This document shows, piece after piece, positions 38,527-48,678 of a stretch of 64,000 nt of DNA. The number at the start of each line of letters is the position of its first letter. The first letter of the stretch is position 1. Under the pieces are notes generated by a model. That model was not told the origin of the DNA. It saw nothing but the letters and a program-made list of their open reading frames with translations, and did not search any database. Source of the stretch: an uncultured Bacilli bacterium (GTDB lineage Bacteria; Bacillota_I; Bacilli_A; RF39; UBA660); contig CALVKI010000010.1 in the NCBI GenBank assembly GCA_944332635.1, positions 21,579 through 85,578 on the forward strand. Direction: 5' to 3'. A program made the translations under genes and the position numbers.

Positions 38527-41019
38527 ATGAAATTATTTAGAAAAATTTTTGATCATGAATACAAAGAATTAAAAAAATTTGCAGTTTTGGCAGATAAAAT
38601 TATAGATTTAGATGAAGAATATTCAAAATTAACCGATACAGAATTAAAAGCTAAAACTGAAGAATTTAGAGAGAGATTACAAAACGGAGAAACATTAGAG
38701 GATATTTTAGTAGAAGCTTTTGCAACAGCAAGAGAAGCGTCTTTCCGTATCTTAGGAGAAAAGCATTTTTATGTACAAATCCTTGGCGGTTTAGCGATTC
38801 ATTATGGTAATATAGCAGAGATGAAAACAGGCGAAGGAAAAACATTGACTTGTGTACTTCCTGGTTATTTAAATGCATTAACTGGTGAAGGTGTTCATGT
38901 CATTACCGTCAATGAATATTTAGCGGGGCGTGATGCAGAGTGGATGGGAGATATCTATCGTTTTCTAGGGTTGACTGTTGGCGTTAATACAAGAGAATTA
39001 AGTGCCAAAGAAAAACAAGAAGCATATAATTGTGATATTTTATATTCTACTAATAACGAAATAGGATTTGACTATTTAAGAGATAACATGGTAATTAGAA
39101 AAGAAGATCGTGTTCAAAGACCTTTAAATTTCGCAATTATCGATGAAGTGGATTCTGTTTTAATAGATGAAGCCCGAACACCTTTAATTATTTCAGGTGG
39201 CCAAATGAATAGTGCTAACTTATATTTAGATGCAGATCACTTTGCAAAAGGATTAAAAGCTGAAGATGATTATGTGTATGATGAGAAAACAAAAGCTGTA
39301 ACTCTAACTGAAAAAGGTAGTGAAAAAGCAGAAAAATCATTCCATGTAAAAAATCTATATGATATTGAAAATGCATCCTTAGTACATTATATCAATCAAG
39401 CATTGCGTGCAAATTATGCAATGAAAAATGATGTTGACTATGTAGTACAAGATGATGAAGTAGTAATTGTTGATCAATTTACTGGACGTTTGATGAAAGG
39501 TCGTGCATATTCAGATGGGCTTCATCAAGCTATAGAAGCAAAAGAAGGAGTAACTATCAACCAAGAAACTAAAACTTTAGCAACAATAACTTTCCAAAAT
39601 TTATTCAGAATGTATAAAAAATTATCTGGTATGACAGGTACTGCAAAAACAGAAGAAGAAGAATTTAGAAACATCTATAATATGTATGTTATAGAAATCC
39701 CAACAAATAAAGAAGTAATTCGTATTGATGCACCAGATTTAGTATATGCAACTAAGGAAGCTAAATATAAAGCAATTATACAATTTGTTAAGGAACGTTA
39801 TGAAAAAGGGCAACCAGTCTTGATTGGTACGATTGCAATCGAAACAAGTGAATTAATTAGTGATTTATTGAAAAAAGCACATATTCCACATGAAGTTTTA
39901 AATGCTAAAAATCATGCCCGTGAAGCAGAAATTATTTCAAAAATAGGACAACAAAAATCTGTAACAATTGCAACTAATATGGCTGGACGTGGAACTGACA
40001 TAAAGTTATCTGACGATATACGTAAGTTAGGTGGCCTTTGTGTAGTTGGTACAGAGCGTCATGAATCGCGTCGTATTGACAATCAGTTACGTGGTCGTTC
40101 TGGACGACAAGGAGATCCAGGATATACCCAGTTCTTTGTATCCATGAAAGATGATTTAATGGTTCGCTTTGGTTCTGATAGAATCGGGGAAATGATGAAA
40201 TCTATGGGACTTGGGGAACAAGCTATTCAGAGTAAAACTTTCACAAGATCTATTGGAACTGCACAAAAACGTGTAGAGGGAAATAACTTTGATATTCGTA
40301 AACAATTACTACAATACGACGATGTTATGAATGATCAAAGAGAAATAATGTACGCAAAAAGAAATAGAATTTTAGATAGTGAATCAATTCATGAAATGGT
40401 TTTAGACACTTTCCGTCACCACATAGAGGATTTAGTAAAATCACATTTAGCCCCAGAAGGTATTTTAGGAAAGCAAGACTATGAAGAAATAGCAGAGTAT
40501 GTAAACGAAAATTTACTAAAAAAAGATATAAAGGTAACAGAGATAGATGGATTATCAGATGAAGAGACAATAGATGTGTTAGTAAAGAAGATTACTAGCG
40601 AGTACGAAGAAAAAATAAAAGAAATTCCATCAGAAGTAACTGATGAATTTGAAAAAGCAATTACTTTACAAGTAGTAGATAATTATTGGATGGAACACAT
40701 TAACACAATGTCGCATTTAAGAGAAGGTATTCATCTAAGAGGATATGCACAGGAGGATCCACTTAGAGCTTATACAATGGAAGGATATAACATGTTTGAT
40801 GAGATGTTACAAAAAATTGATAAAGATGTAACAACTTTCTTATTAAGAGCAGAAATAAGACAAAATATTGAACGCAAAGAAGTATCAAAAAAGAAAATAA
40901 CTAACGAAGGTGGAAAAGAACCTGCAAAAAAAACACCCAAAAGAGTAAAAAAGATTGGTCGAAATGATCCTTGCCCATGTGGCTCAGGGAAGAAATATAA
41001 ACAATGTTGTGGTAAATAG
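38527..41019 (+). CDS. secA: Preprotein translocase ATPase SecA
   Basis: 830 aa with DEAD-like motor motifs and a C-terminal zinc-binding tail CPCGSGKKYKQCCG. Confidence 0.95.
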   Translation: MKLFRKIFDHEYKELKKFAVLADKIIDLDEEYSKLTDTELKAKTEEFRERLQNGETLEDILVEAFATAREASFRILGEKHFYVQILGGLAIHYGNIAEMKTGEGKTLTCVLPGYLNALTGEGVHVITVNEYLAGRDAEWMGDIYRFLGLTVGVNTRELSAKEKQEAYNCDILYSTNNEIGFDYLRDNMVIRKEDRVQRPLNFAIIDEVDSVLIDEARTPLIISGGQMNSANLYLDADHFAKGLKAEDDYVYDEKTKAVTLTEKGSEKAEKSFHVKNLYDIENASLVHYINQALRANYAMKNDVDYVVQDDEVVIVDQFTGRLMKGRAYSDGLHQAIEAKEGVTINQETKTLATITFQNLFRMYKKLSGMTGTAKTEEEEFRNIYNMYVIEIPTNKEVIRIDAPDLVYATKEAKYKAIIQFVKERYEKGQPVLIGTIAIETSELISDLLKKAHIPHEVLNAKNHAREAEIISKIGQQKSVTIATNMAGRGTDIKLSDDIRKLGGLCVVGTERHESRRIDNQLRGRSGRQGDPGYTQFFVSMKDDLMVRFGSDRIGEMMKSMGLGEQAIQSKTFTRSIGTAQKRVEGNNFDIRKQLLQYDDVMNDQREIMYAKRNRILDSESIHEMVLDTFRHHIEDLVKSHLAPEGILGKQDYEEIAEYVNENLLKKDIKVTEIDGLSDEETIDVLVKKITSEYEEKIKEIPSEVTDEFEKAITLQVVDNYWMEHINTMSHLREGIHLRGYAQEDPLRAYTMEGYNMFDEMLQKIDKDVTTFLLRAEIRQNIERKEVSKKKITNEGGKEPAKKTPKRVKKIGRNDPCPCGSGKKYKQCCGK

Positions 41020-41045
41020 TGATAAATAAAGGGTTTGCGAGGATT

Positions 41046-41163
41046 TTGTCCACGTAAAAAAACTCCAAAAAAGGCTATTTGTCCACATTTTATCCACGTA
41101 AATTAAATATTGTGGACAAAAAATCATGATTTATATAAAAATTTAGTATATTAATGTGGACAA
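41046..41163. promoter_or_regulatory. Cluster of five DnaA-box-like 9-mers
   Basis: The boxes are TTGTCCACG (41046-54, +), TTGTCCACA (41079-87, +), TTATCCACG (41090-98, +), TGTGGACAA (41111-19, -) and TGTGGACAA (41155-63, -). Each is within one mismatch of TTATCCACA. Confidence 0.5.
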
Positions 41164-41233
41164 ACATGTTGGATAAAGTCATCAAATTTGATGGCTTTTT
41201 TGTTTACCAAAATTTAGGAAAGAGGTATAAAAA

Positions 41234-41311
41234 ATGGTAAGCGTAAGAAAACGTGATAAGGTATATGAATACAGAATCGAAATAGCATCAATTGATGGAG
41301 TAAGAAAGTGA
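41234..41311 (+). pseudogene. Tyrosine recombinase (phage-type integrase) N-terminal stub, 25 codons
   Basis: MVSVRKRDKVYEYRIEIASIDGVRK followed by TGA. This is the canonical integrase arm-binding N-terminus (M..RKRG..W.YRI). It has an RBS GAAAGAGG. All frames downstream are closed. Confidence 0.5.
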
Positions 41312-41633
41312 ATTAAAACAAAATAGAATTCACAAAAAATTGAATTAGCAAGCTGACAAAACTGTGTTAAAATTAAATAGTTCTTTTGATATAATTAAAA
41401 CATCTATAATAAAAAGACTTACACAATGACAACAAATTAATTAAAAAAATAAAACATTATACAAATTTATTTAATAAATAATTAATAATAAATAAGGAAT
41501 AAAAAGATAATTTACATGATTTTTTAAAGAGGAAAAACATGTAAAGTGACAATCAAAAATAAAGCTTTCTATTTTAAAAAAAGAATAAATAAGAAAACTA
41601 ATGATATAATAAAAATATGAAAGGTAGGTAAAA

Positions 41634-42689
41634 ATGAAAGGACTAAATATATTTCAATATGGAGTAGGAAAGATGAGCGTTTATACTATGCGATATGTAA
41701 TAGAAAATGGAGGAACTATTGTAGGAGCAGTTGACATCAATCCTCAGGTTATAGGAAAAGATATTGGAGAAGTAATGAAGACAGAAAATACAGGTATAAA
41801 AGTTGAAAGTGTTGATAAAGCTGAAGAACTATTAAAAAAATTAAAACCTGACTGTGTTATTGTAACTACGATGAGCTTACTTGCTGATGTGGAGGATGCA
41901 TTAATGCTTTGTGCTAAATGTGGAGTAAATGCAATCACCACATGTGAAGAAGCATTTTTTCCAATGAATTCTAATCCAACATTAACAACAAAGATTGATA
42001 AACTTGCAAAAGAAAATAATTGTACTATTACGGGTAGTGGTTATCAAGATGCCTTTTGGGGTAATTTAATCACAACATTGGTAGGATCTAGTCATAATAT
42101 ATCAAAGATAAAAGGTAGTTCTTCCTATAATGTAGAAGATTATGGAATAGCATTAGCAAAAGCACATGGAGCAGGATTAACAAAAGAAGAATTTGACCGG
42201 GAAGTTGCTAGTGCTGATGACATAACTGATGAAGATAGACAGAAAGTAATAGAAAGTGGAAAATATGCACCTTCATATATGTGGAATGTAAATGGATGGA
42301 TATGTGATAAATTAGGGTTAACAGTAATAAGTCAAAAACAAAAATGTGTACCACAATTTAACGATTATGATATTGAATCCAGCACGTTAGGTATGACTGT
42401 AAAAGCAGGAATGGCAACAGGAATGAGTGCTGTAGTAACAACAGAAACAAAAGAAGGCATCACGTTAGAAACTGAATGTATAGGAAAAGTATATAATAAA
42501 GATGAATTTGATAGAAATGAATGGACTGTCTATGGAGAACCGAATACAACACTTACAATAGAAAAGCCAGCAACAGTAGAATTGACATGCGCAGCTATTG
42601 TTAATAGGATACCAGATGTTATAGCATCAAAGCCTGGATTTATTCCTACTTCTCGCATGGGTGAATTAAAATATATTAATAAAAAATAA
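41634..42689 (+). CDS. DapB-like NAD(P)-binding oxidoreductase (2,4-diaminopentanoate dehydrogenase Ord-like)
   Basis: 351 aa with an N-terminal Rossmann GxGxxG-like YGVGKMS...GAVDIN and a DapB-like architecture. Confidence 0.45.
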   Translation: MKGLNIFQYGVGKMSVYTMRYVIENGGTIVGAVDINPQVIGKDIGEVMKTENTGIKVESVDKAEELLKKLKPDCVIVTTMSLLADVEDALMLCAKCGVNAITTCEEAFFPMNSNPTLTTKIDKLAKENNCTITGSGYQDAFWGNLITTLVGSSHNISKIKGSSSYNVEDYGIALAKAHGAGLTKEEFDREVASADDITDEDRQKVIESGKYAPSYMWNVNGWICDKLGLTVISQKQKCVPQFNDYDIESSTLGMTVKAGMATGMSAVVTTETKEGITLETECIGKVYNKDEFDRNEWTVYGEPNTTLTIEKPATVELTCAAIVNRIPDVIASKPGFIPTSRMGELKYINKK

Positions 42690-42990
42690 AGTATAGAAAA
42701 AATCTATACTTTTTAATTAGAACATCAATAATAAATTATATATAGTTAGAATTATTATGAAATTAACATTTCAAGAACAAAATAGGAGTCAAAAATGACT
42801 CCTATATCTATTTACAGAGGATCTTCACACGTAACAGTGAACCTTCCTCATTTATAATATATGCAAGACATATAAATATATACAAAAATATTCAAATATA
42901 TTGAGAAAAGATAAAAAATATGTTACTTTATCATTGAATTTAAGAAAGAATAGAAAATAAAAATTAGTACAAACTATAAAGGAGAACAAA

Positions 42991-44089
42991 ATGGAATTAA
43001 AAGAAATAAAAGAACAATTAAATCAAAGTAATAAGCAACTAAAAGAATTATGGAGGTCACTTTGACATAGATAATAGAAAAAATCAAGTAAAAGAATTAG
43101 AAGAAAAAGTAAATGATATTAATTTCTGGAATGATAGAGAAAAAGCCGAGAAAATAATTAAACAATTGAACTCTGAAAAAGAGATAGTAGAAAGTATAGA
43201 AAAGCTATTGATACAAGCAACAGAAAACCTAGAACTAGCTGATTTATTAGAAGTAGAAAATGATGTGGAAAGTAAACAAGAATTAGAACAAGAAACTGTG
43301 AGTATAAAACAAAAAACAGAAGAAATAAGCTTATTTTTACTGTTAGATGGTCCATACGATAAGAATGATTGTATTCTAGAGATTCATCCAGGAGCAGGGG
43401 GGACAGAATCTTGTGATTGGGCATTAATGCTATATAGAATGTATACAAGATGGTGTGAAAAGAAGAAATATAAAATAGAAATATTAGACTATCAAGATGG
43501 GGATGAAGCCGGAATTAAAAATGTTTCAATTAGAGTTAAAGGCCAAAATGCTTATGGCTATCTAAAAAGTGAAAAAGGAGTTCATAGATTAGTTAGACTA
43601 TCACCGTTTGATTCTAATAATAGACGCCATACATCATTTGCTTCAGTGGAAATCACTCCAGAAATAGAACAAGATAATGATATTCAAATAGATGAAAAAG
43701 AATTAAAAATAGATGTCTATCGTTCAACAGGAGCAGGAGGACAAGGTGTTAATACTACAGATTCAGCAGTAAGAATTACACATCTACCAACTAAAATTGT
43801 GGTAACTTGCCAGAATGAAAGAAGTCAAATTCAAAATAAAGAACAAGCTTTAAAAGTTTTAAAGAGCAAGTTATTATTAAATAAAATAGAAAAACAAGAG
43901 CAAGAATTAAATGAAATAAAAGGAGAACAATCAAATATTAATTTTGGCTCACAAATTAGAAGTTATGTTCTGCATCCATATTCAATGGTAAAAGATCATA
44001 GAACTAATGTAGAAACCAGTAATGTTAGTAAAGTATTAGATGGAGATATAGATGAATTTATTGAGGCACAATTAAAACATAAAAAATAA
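42991..44089 (+). CDS. prfB: Peptide chain release factor 2, with programmed +1 ribosomal frameshift at CTT TGA C (43060-43066)
   Basis: Frame 0 reads MELKEIKEQLNQSNKQLKELWRSL and stops at TGA 43063-65. An SD-like GGAGG sits 3 nt upstream of the CTT codon. The +1 frame continues DIDNRKNQVKEL through to the GGQ motif STGAGGQGVNTT. Confidence 0.9.
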
Positions 44090-44103
44090 AGTGAGGGGTG
44101 TAT

Positions 44104-44985
44104 ATGAGTTTTTTGTCAAGAACAAAATATCTAAAGATATTAGAAGAAATTAATTCCAGATCAACTATAAAAAGACATCTTCAATTTGTTTTAGGTTGTT
44201 TTTTAATAGCTGTTTCTTATAATTTGTTTTTAGCACCAAATAATATTGTAGCTGGAGGAGTGGGCGGTCTTGCAATTATTTTAAATTATTTAACAGGACT
44301 AGAAAACTTTGTAGTGATTTTAATTGCTGATGTGATGCTATTAATTTTAAGTTACTTTTTATTAGGAAAGAAAAAGACAAAAGCAACAATTCTTGGTTCA
44401 ATATTATTTCCTTTATTTGTTAGTTTAACTAGTGATATTAGTAGAATCATAGATATAGATACTAATCAGTTATTATTGATATCTGTCTTTGGTGGTGTGG
44501 TATATGGATTTGGAGCCGGGATGATTTACAAAGCAGGATTCACCACAGGTGGAACGGATATAATAAATCAAATTTTATCTAAATATTTAAAGATTAGTAT
44601 GGGAAATAGTATGTTATATTGTGATGGAACAATTGTACTGTTGACAGCTTTTGTTTTTGGACCGACCCACTTTATGTATTCAATTATTGTTTTATATGTA
44701 ATTAGTTTCATATCAGATAGAGTTATTTTAGGTGTGTCAGATAGTAAAGCATTTTATATCGTAACTCAAGAGGAAAGCAAAATAAAAGAGTATATTATAA
44801 AATATTTAAATCATGGAGTAACAGTATTTAATGCAAAGGGAGGATACGCCAAAGAAAATCAAACAGTCTTAATGTGTGTATTACCTACAAAAGATTATTA
44901 TAGATTAAAAGAAGGAATTCATCAGATTGATCCAAATTCGTTCTTTGTAGTAACAGATGCCTATGAGGTCTTTGGAGGTGAATAA
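44104..44985 (+). CDS. YitT family membrane protein (DUF161/DUF2179)
   Basis: Has the motif AGGVGGLAIILNYL. An RBS GTGAGGGG precedes the ATG at 44104. Confidence 0.7.
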   Translation: MSFLSRTKYLKILEEINSRSTIKRHLQFVLGCFLIAVSYNLFLAPNNIVAGGVGGLAIILNYLTGLENFVVILIADVMLLILSYFLLGKKKTKATILGSILFPLFVSLTSDISRIIDIDTNQLLLISVFGGVVYGFGAGMIYKAGFTTGGTDIINQILSKYLKISMGNSMLYCDGTIVLLTAFVFGPTHFMYSIIVLYVISFISDRVILGVSDSKAFYIVTQEESKIKEYIIKYLNHGVTVFNAKGGYAKENQTVLMCVLPTKDYYRLKEGIHQIDPNSFFVVTDAYEVFGGE

Positions 44986-45851
44986 TGGATAATCTTTTTG
45001 AAGAAATAATAAAAAAAGTAAAAAAGAAAGGTATTATTCGTCGTATAATTACATTAGTAATAGCATTGTTCACTCTATCCCTAGTATATAATCTATTTTT
45101 GCTACCAAGTGGTTTAGTAACTGGAGGTATTAATGGTATTGCCATAATTACAAATTATGTTTATGAAATAGATTCTTCAATCATGATTTTTTTAATATCA
45201 GCAACCTGTTTATTATTTAGTTTTATGTACTTAGGCAAGGAAAGAACAGCTGGTTCAATTATAGCTACATTACTCTACCCACTATTCGTAAAAATAACTA
45301 GTTTAATTACACAAAATATTAGTTTAAATTATGAAGATACATTTTTAATGATTATTTTTGCTGGAGTAATAGGTGGATTATCTAATGGCTTTATTTATAA
45401 AACCGGATTTAGTAACGGAGGCCTTCCTATTATTAGTCAAATTTTATATAAATATTTTAAAATTCCTATAACAAAATCAAGTATGGTGATTAATTCCATA
45501 ATTATTATCATTGGAAGCTTTTTCTTTGGATGGTCTATGCTGATGTATGCAATTATTCTCCTTTTTATAAATAATCTAATGATTGATAAAGTACTATTAG
45601 GAATATCTAAAAATAAAGCTTTTTACATTGTAACTAATAAAGAACAAGAAATAAGAGAATATATAGTGAATAAATTACATCATACAACAACAGTTTTTAA
45701 TGTAAAAGGAGCCTTTTTTGAAAGAAGAAAAGTCTTATTAGTAGTAATACCAACAAGAGATTATTATAGAGTAACGGAAGGACTCAAATTAATTGATCCA
45801 GATATATTTTTTGTAGTAGAAGATGCTTATGAAGTAAAAGGTGGAAAATAG
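44985..45851 (+). CDS. YitT family membrane protein (tandem paralog)
   Basis: Has the motif TGGINGIAIITNYV and the same architecture as the upstream gene. Confidence 0.7.
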   Translation: MDNLFEEIIKKVKKKGIIRRIITLVIALFTLSLVYNLFLLPSGLVTGGINGIAIITNYVYEIDSSIMIFLISATCLLFSFMYLGKERTAGSIIATLLYPLFVKITSLITQNISLNYEDTFLMIIFAGVIGGLSNGFIYKTGFSNGGLPIISQILYKYFKIPITKSSMVINSIIIIIGSFFFGWSMLMYAIILLFINNLMIDKVLLGISKNKAFYIVTNKEQEIREYIVNKLHHTTTVFNVKGAFFERRKVLLVVIPTRDYYRVTEGLKLIDPDIFFVVEDAYEVKGGK

Positions 45852-45937
45852 TGTTAATAAGAGGAGATTTCATAAAACTCCTCTTTTGTTATGTCGAAAA
45901 ATATGGTATAATTAAATATACTAAAGTGGAGGTAATT

Positions 45938-46636
45938 ATGGACTTAATAAGATTAAAAAATGTAGAAAAAAAATACAAAAATGGTGTAACAGCAATTTAT
46001 GATTTAAATCTTGCTATTGAAAAAGGGTCTTTTACTTTCGTAATTGGTGGTTCTGGTAGTGGTAAGAGTACCTTAATTAAAATGCTATATCGCGAAGAAA
46101 AACCTACTAAAGGACAGATTATAGTAGGGGGATTAGATGTAGCAAAACTTAGGAATTCTAAAGTTTATAAATTAAGAAGAAAGTTAGGAATAGTATTTCA
46201 GGATTATCGTTTATTACCTAAACTTACAGTGTATGAAAATGTTGCTTTTGCTATGGAAGTAATTGGTGCGACAAAAGAGGCGACCAGAAAAAATGTATTA
46301 CGTGCTTTAGAAGAAGTAGGATTAAAAAATAAAGTTCATAACTATCCAGATCAATTATCAGGAGGAGAACAACAACGAGTAGCAATTGCTAGAGCAATCG
46401 TAAATAACCCTAAATTATTGTTATGCGACGAGCCAACAGGTAACTTAGATCCTGAAAGAAGTATGGAAATTATGAAGGTACTAGAAGATATTAATAAAAC
46501 AAGAGGAACAACAATAATTATGGCAACTCATGATAAAGAAATTGTAAACAGAATGAAAAAGCAAGTTGTCACTTTAAAAGATGGTCATTTGGTTAACTTT
46601 AAGAAGAAAGGAACATATGTAGATGAAAATATTTAG
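45938..46636 (+). CDS. ftsE: Cell division ATP-binding protein FtsE
   Basis: Has Walker A GGSGSGKST and the signature LSGGEQQRVAIARA. The ATG at 45938 has an RBS GGAGG. The ORF-track start at 45851 is a GTG overlapping the upstream gene. Confidence 0.9.
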   Translation: MDLIRLKNVEKKYKNGVTAIYDLNLAIEKGSFTFVIGGSGSGKSTLIKMLYREEKPTKGQIIVGGLDVAKLRNSKVYKLRRKLGIVFQDYRLLPKLTVYENVAFAMEVIGATKEATRKNVLRALEEVGLKNKVHNYPDQLSGGEQQRVAIARAIVNNPKLLLCDEPTGNLDPERSMEIMKVLEDINKTRGTTIIMATHDKEIVNRMKKQVVTLKDGHLVNFKKKGTYVDENI

Positions 46637-47522
46637 AATGTTAGGAAGAAGCATTAGAGATGCATTTAAAAGTGTAATCCGAAACTTTAGCTTATCTTTA
46701 GCATCAATATCGTGTATTACAATTACATTAATTATAGTTGCAATCGCAATAATGGCATCGTTTAATGTTCAAAATTTTACTAAAGAAATAGAAAAAGATT
46801 TAACAATAGTTGTGTTTATGGATAATGATGCTACAGAAGAAGACATCAATCAAATGAAGCAACTTCTAGATACAAAAAAAAATATTGCAAAATATACTTT
46901 TGAAAGTAAAAATGCAGTAAGAAAAGATATGATGGAAGAAAATGATGTTTTTAATTCTGTAATGAAAGACTGGGAAAATGATGAAAATCCATTAAGAGAC
47001 ACTTTCAAAATAAAAGTAAACAATGTAGATAATATGGGCAAAACAGCTGATGCATTGAAAAAAATGGAAAAAGTAGATACTGTTCAATATGGAGAAGGAA
47101 TGGTAGAAAGATTAGTTAATGCTTTTTCGTCAATAGAAAAAGTAGCTTATGGTGTAGTAATAGCCTTAGTAATTGTAACAATTTTCTTGATTATTAATAC
47201 TATTAAGTTAACAATTTTCTCAAGAAAAAGAGAAATTGGAATTATGAGATTAGTAGGAGCTAGTAACTTTGCGATTAAAGTACCATTTATTATTGAAGGA
47301 ATGATTTTAGGTTTTTTTGGAGCAATCATCCCAGTAGTATTGATAACTTATGGATATTTAGCATTCTATAATCATTTTGAAGGTCATTTATTTACTCAAT
47401 TAATCGAATTAATTCAGCCAGAACCATTTATTTATCAAGCATCTTTAATAGTTATTATTATTGGTATAATTGTTGGTATGATTGGTAGTGCTGGAGCTGT
47501 AAGAAAGTATTTAAAGGTGTAA
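46623..47522 (+). CDS. ftsX: Cell division permease FtsX
   Basis: 299 aa with four TM helices and a large extracellular loop. It overlaps the end of ftsE. Confidence 0.85.
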   Translation: MKIFRMLGRSIRDAFKSVIRNFSLSLASISCITITLIIVAIAIMASFNVQNFTKEIEKDLTIVVFMDNDATEEDINQMKQLLDTKKNIAKYTFESKNAVRKDMMEENDVFNSVMKDWENDENPLRDTFKIKVNNVDNMGKTADALKKMEKVDTVQYGEGMVERLVNAFSSIEKVAYGVVIALVIVTIFLIINTIKLTIFSRKREIGIMRLVGASNFAIKVPFIIEGMILGFFGAIIPVVLITYGYLAFYNHFEGHLFTQLIELIQPEPFIYQASLIVIIIGIIVGMIGSAGAVRKYLKV

Positions 47523-47523
47523 T

Positions 47524-48678
47524 ATGAAGAAAATAAAATTAATAATAGTTTTATTGTGTATAGGTGTATTAATTTTACCATCTGCAACACAAGCTGTAAC
47601 ACTTAAAGAATATGAAGATATGGTAGAAAAATATACTAAAGAACTAAAAGAAAAAGAAGCAAAAATGGCAAAAAATGATGAAGAGGTAGCCGAAATAAAA
47701 GCAAAAATTGTAGATATAGAAGTTGAAATCACAAAAGCAGAAGAAGAAATAGAAAATTTAAAGATTGAAATTGAGAAAAGTAATGAAGAAATAAAAGACA
47801 AAGAAAAAGAAAGTAAAAGATTAGTTCAATATTTTCAAGTTATTAGCAATGAAAATACATATTTAGAATATATATTTGAAGCAGATAGCATTACAGATAT
47901 GATTTATCGTGTTTCTGTGGTGGAACAGCTGACTGACTATAATAAAGAAATTATGGATGATTTAGAAAAATTAATTCAAGAAAATCAGCAGAAAACAGAG
48001 GAGTTAGATAAAAAGAATGATGAGTTAGCTGATTTGAAAAAGGAACTAAACTCTGAAAAGGAAAGAATAGAAACAGAAAATAGAGAAATAGAAGGAACTA
48101 TCCCAAGTACTAAAGGACAAATAGAATACTACCAAAAGCAAGTTGATTACTATAAGAGTAAAGGATGTAAATCAAACGATGTTATAGGAGTAACCTGTGA
48201 TAAACCACCAGTTTCTGGAGGTGGAGGAAATTCTGACGGAGGTGCAGGTGCAATTATTGGAGCTAATGGTTTTAGACGACCAATTGTAGGAGGAAGAATA
48301 AGTTGGTATTATGGTAATGGACATAAAGGCGTTGACTATGCCGCAGGATGTGGTACTCCGATATATTCTGTAGCAACAGGTAGAGTATATTATGTCGGAA
48401 ACACATTAGATGCTTGGGGAGCTAAAATGGTATTAATAGTCCATAATTATAATGGTCGATTGGTATTCTCTCAATATGCACATTTACAAGGATATAATGT
48501 TAGTGTAGGACAAAATGTAGGTATTGGTGATGTCATTGGATACGTAGGTTCAACAGGAAACTCTAGTGGTTGTCACTTACATTTAGAAATGTCAGAAGAT
48601 TATGGATGGGTATACAACGGAACATATAGTCAGTATACATCACATATCATTAATCCTTTTAAATATGTACCAAATTAA
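47524..48678 (+). CDS. Coiled-coil M23 peptidase (EnvC/PcsB-like FtsEX-associated murein hydrolase)
   Basis: Has a signal peptide, a long coiled coil, and a C-terminal LytM region with HKGVDYAAGCGT and GCHLHLE. Confidence 0.75.
   Translation: MKKIKLIIVLLCIGVLILPSATQAVTLKEYEDMVEKYTKELKEKEAKMAKNDEEVAEIKAKIVDIEVEITKAEEEIENLKIEIEKSNEEIKDKEKESKRLVQYFQVISNENTYLEYIFEADSITDMIYRVSVVEQLTDYNKEIMDDLEKLIQENQQKTEELDKKNDELADLKKELNSEKERIETENREIEGTIPSTKGQIEYYQKQVDYYKSKGCKSNDVIGVTCDKPPVSGGGGNSDGGAGAIIGANGFRRPIVGGRISWYYGNGHKGVDYAAGCGTPIYSVATGRVYYVGNTLDAWGAKMVLIVHNYNGRLVFSQYAHLQGYNVSVGQNVGIGDVIGYVGSTGNSSGCHLHLEMSEDYGWVYNGTYSQYTSHIINPFKYVPN

Noticed and set aside
41046-41633. DnaA-box cluster plus AT-rich tract interpreted as the chromosomal origin oriC
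   Set aside because: There is no dnaA, dnaN or rpmH nearby. The flanking genes are secA and prfB, so a secondary DnaA-box cluster or a mobile-element remnant is more plausible.
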